From positions 70,804,001 through 70,868,000 of the forward strand of contig NW_027266275.1 of the NCBI RefSeq assembly GCF_022045235.1: a stretch of 64,000 nucleotides of DNA. The letters run 5' to 3'. This document shows positions 62,266 to 64,000 of the stretch, piece by piece (position 1 is the first letter of the stretch; the number at the start of each line of letters is the position of its first letter). Source of the DNA: Haliotis cracherodii (Eukaryota). The notes beneath the pieces were generated by a model, which saw nothing but the letters and a program-made list of their open reading frames with translations, did not search any database and had not been told where the DNA came from. Position numbers and translations under genes: made by a program.

Positions 62266-62652
62266 CATAGACCCATCCACAACTGGTCAGACTATTTTCA
62301 GATACATATTCAGCATATGGAAGACTACAATGAATGCAACATGGTCTATATATCAATCAATCGTTTTAATCATGTTTTTCGCCACACACCTGTCTAAACA
62401 CGTCGTAACTGCCCGAGACGCCTAGATACATACATATGCCAAGCTTGTTAGAATAGACAATCTTGAAAACAAATACTCCCGTCTTTATCGACATTTTTAT
62501 ACATTGTAGCATCTTTCTGGTTCTATCATTGCATAAATATGTACAATAACATTTGGTCCAAAATCAACAAGGGAGACAATAGTAGTTAGCAAGAGAATGT
62601 AAACGGCTGACATACCTATCAAAACTATGCATATTTCTACTTAAGTAAATAG

Positions 62653-62905
62653 ACCCGTGAAGATTCAGCAACTCATGCTTACCATAAAAGGCGACTATGC
62701 TTGTCGTAAGAGGCGACTAACGGGATCGGGTAGGCAGGCTCACTGACATGGTTGATGCATGTCATCGTATCCCAATTGAGTGGATCGATGCTCATGGTGT
62801 CAGTCACTGGATTGTCTGGTCCAGACTCGATTATGTACAGACCGCCGTCATATAGCTTGAATATTGCTGAGTGAGGCGTTTAACAACAAACAAACCAAAC
62901 AAACT
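62653..62905 (+). mobile_element. SINE family C
   Basis: gacccgtgaagatt...gtcgtaagaggcgactaacgggatcgg...gaatattgctgagtgaggcg. Confidence 0.88.
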
Positions 62906-62959
62906 TAATTGAGTAATACATGCCGTGTGAAGTTACCAGTTCCTGGCAACTTGGTCACC

Positions 62960-64000
62960 AACAAGTGTTTCATCATACAAAGGTACACATTTACTGAAAG
63001 GTGTTTCATCACACGAAGGTACCTAGTTACTGAAAGGAGTGTCATCACACGAAGGTACCTAGTTACTGAAATGTGTTTCATCACACGAAGGTACCTAGTT
63101 ACTGAAAGGAGTGTCATCACACGAAGGTACCTAGTTACAGAAATGTGTTTCATCACATGAAGGTATCTAGTTACTGAAATGTGTTTCATCACACGAAGGT
63201 ATCTAGTTACTGAAAGGAGTGTCATCACACGAAGGTACCTAGTTACTGAAATGTGTTTCATCACACGAAGGTACCTATAGCTAGTTACTGAAAGGAGTGT
63301 CATCACTCGAAGGTACCTAGTTACTGAAATGTGTTTCATCACACGAAGGTATCTAGTTACTGAAAGGAGTGTCATCACACGAAGGTACCTAGTTACTGAA
63401 ATGTGTTTCATCACACGAAGGTATCTAGTTACTGAAAGGAGTGTCATCACACGAAGGTACCTAGTTACTGAAATGTGTTTCATCACACGAAGGTACCTAG
63501 TTACTGGAAGGAGTGTCATCACACGAAGGTACCTAGTTACTGAAATGTGTTTCATCACACGAAGGTACCTAGTTACTGAAATGTGTTTCATCACACGAAG
63601 GTATCTAGTTACTGAAAGGAGTGTCATCACACGAAGGTACCTAGTTACTGAAAGGAGTGTCATCACACGAAGGTACCTAGTTACTGAAATGTGTTTCATC
63701 ACACGAAGGTACCTAATTACTGAAATGTGTTTCATCACACGAAGGTATCTAGTTACTGAAAGGGGTGTCATCACATGAAGATACTTAGTTACTGAAATGT
63801 GTTTCATAACACGAAGGTACCCATTTATTGAAAGGTGTTTCATCACACGAAGGTACCTAGTTACTGAAATGTGTTTCATCACACGAAGGTACCTAGTTAC
63901 TGAAAGGAGTGTCATCACACGAAGGTACCTAGTTACTGAAAGGAGTGTCATCACTCGAAGGTGACCATTTATTGAAAGGAGTGTCATCACACGAAGGTAC
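62960..64000. repeat. 36-bp minisatellite (~29 copies, runs off the window), two interspersed variants
   Basis: tcatcacacgaaggtacctagttactgaaa followed by ggagtg or tgtgtt. Confidence 0.97.

Noticed and set aside
62905-63990. 361-aa ORF
   Set aside because: Translation of the 36-bp minisatellite; no independent coding evidence.

Overview
Intron-rich, AT-rich animal genomic DNA, probably a gastropod mollusc such as abalone (Haliotis), inferred from its (ACTC)n-tailed SINE families. Four spliced protein-coding genes were reconstructed by hand with consistent splice phases: (1) the 3' end of an ATAD1/Msp1 AAA ATPase (+, 842-1934); (2) a ~637-aa minus-strand gene (12294-6609) that appears to join two CARD/death-fold-like domains, a Pro-rich linker and a PABC/MLLE domain, an architecture I do not recognise and the most interesting object here; (3) a 23-coding-exon, ~1087-aa TRPM-family channel (-, 43750-21166) with no C-terminal enzyme domain, a divergent TRP box and three splice donors amplified into tandem arrays; (4) a 3-exon PMP22/claudin-like tetraspan gene (-, 58699-53469). 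Also present: a GT31 galactosyltransferase pseudogene nested antisense in a TRPM intron, an orphan paralogous TRPM last exon, a tandem NF-kB-like site pair upstream of TRPM, and many mobile elements (four SINE families, Penelope-like RT fragments with a conserved structured 3' module, an R4/Dong-type LINE, BEL/Pao, MULE, Tc1/mariner, MITEs, minisatellites). All family assignments come from motif recognition, not database searches; repeat boundaries are approximate.
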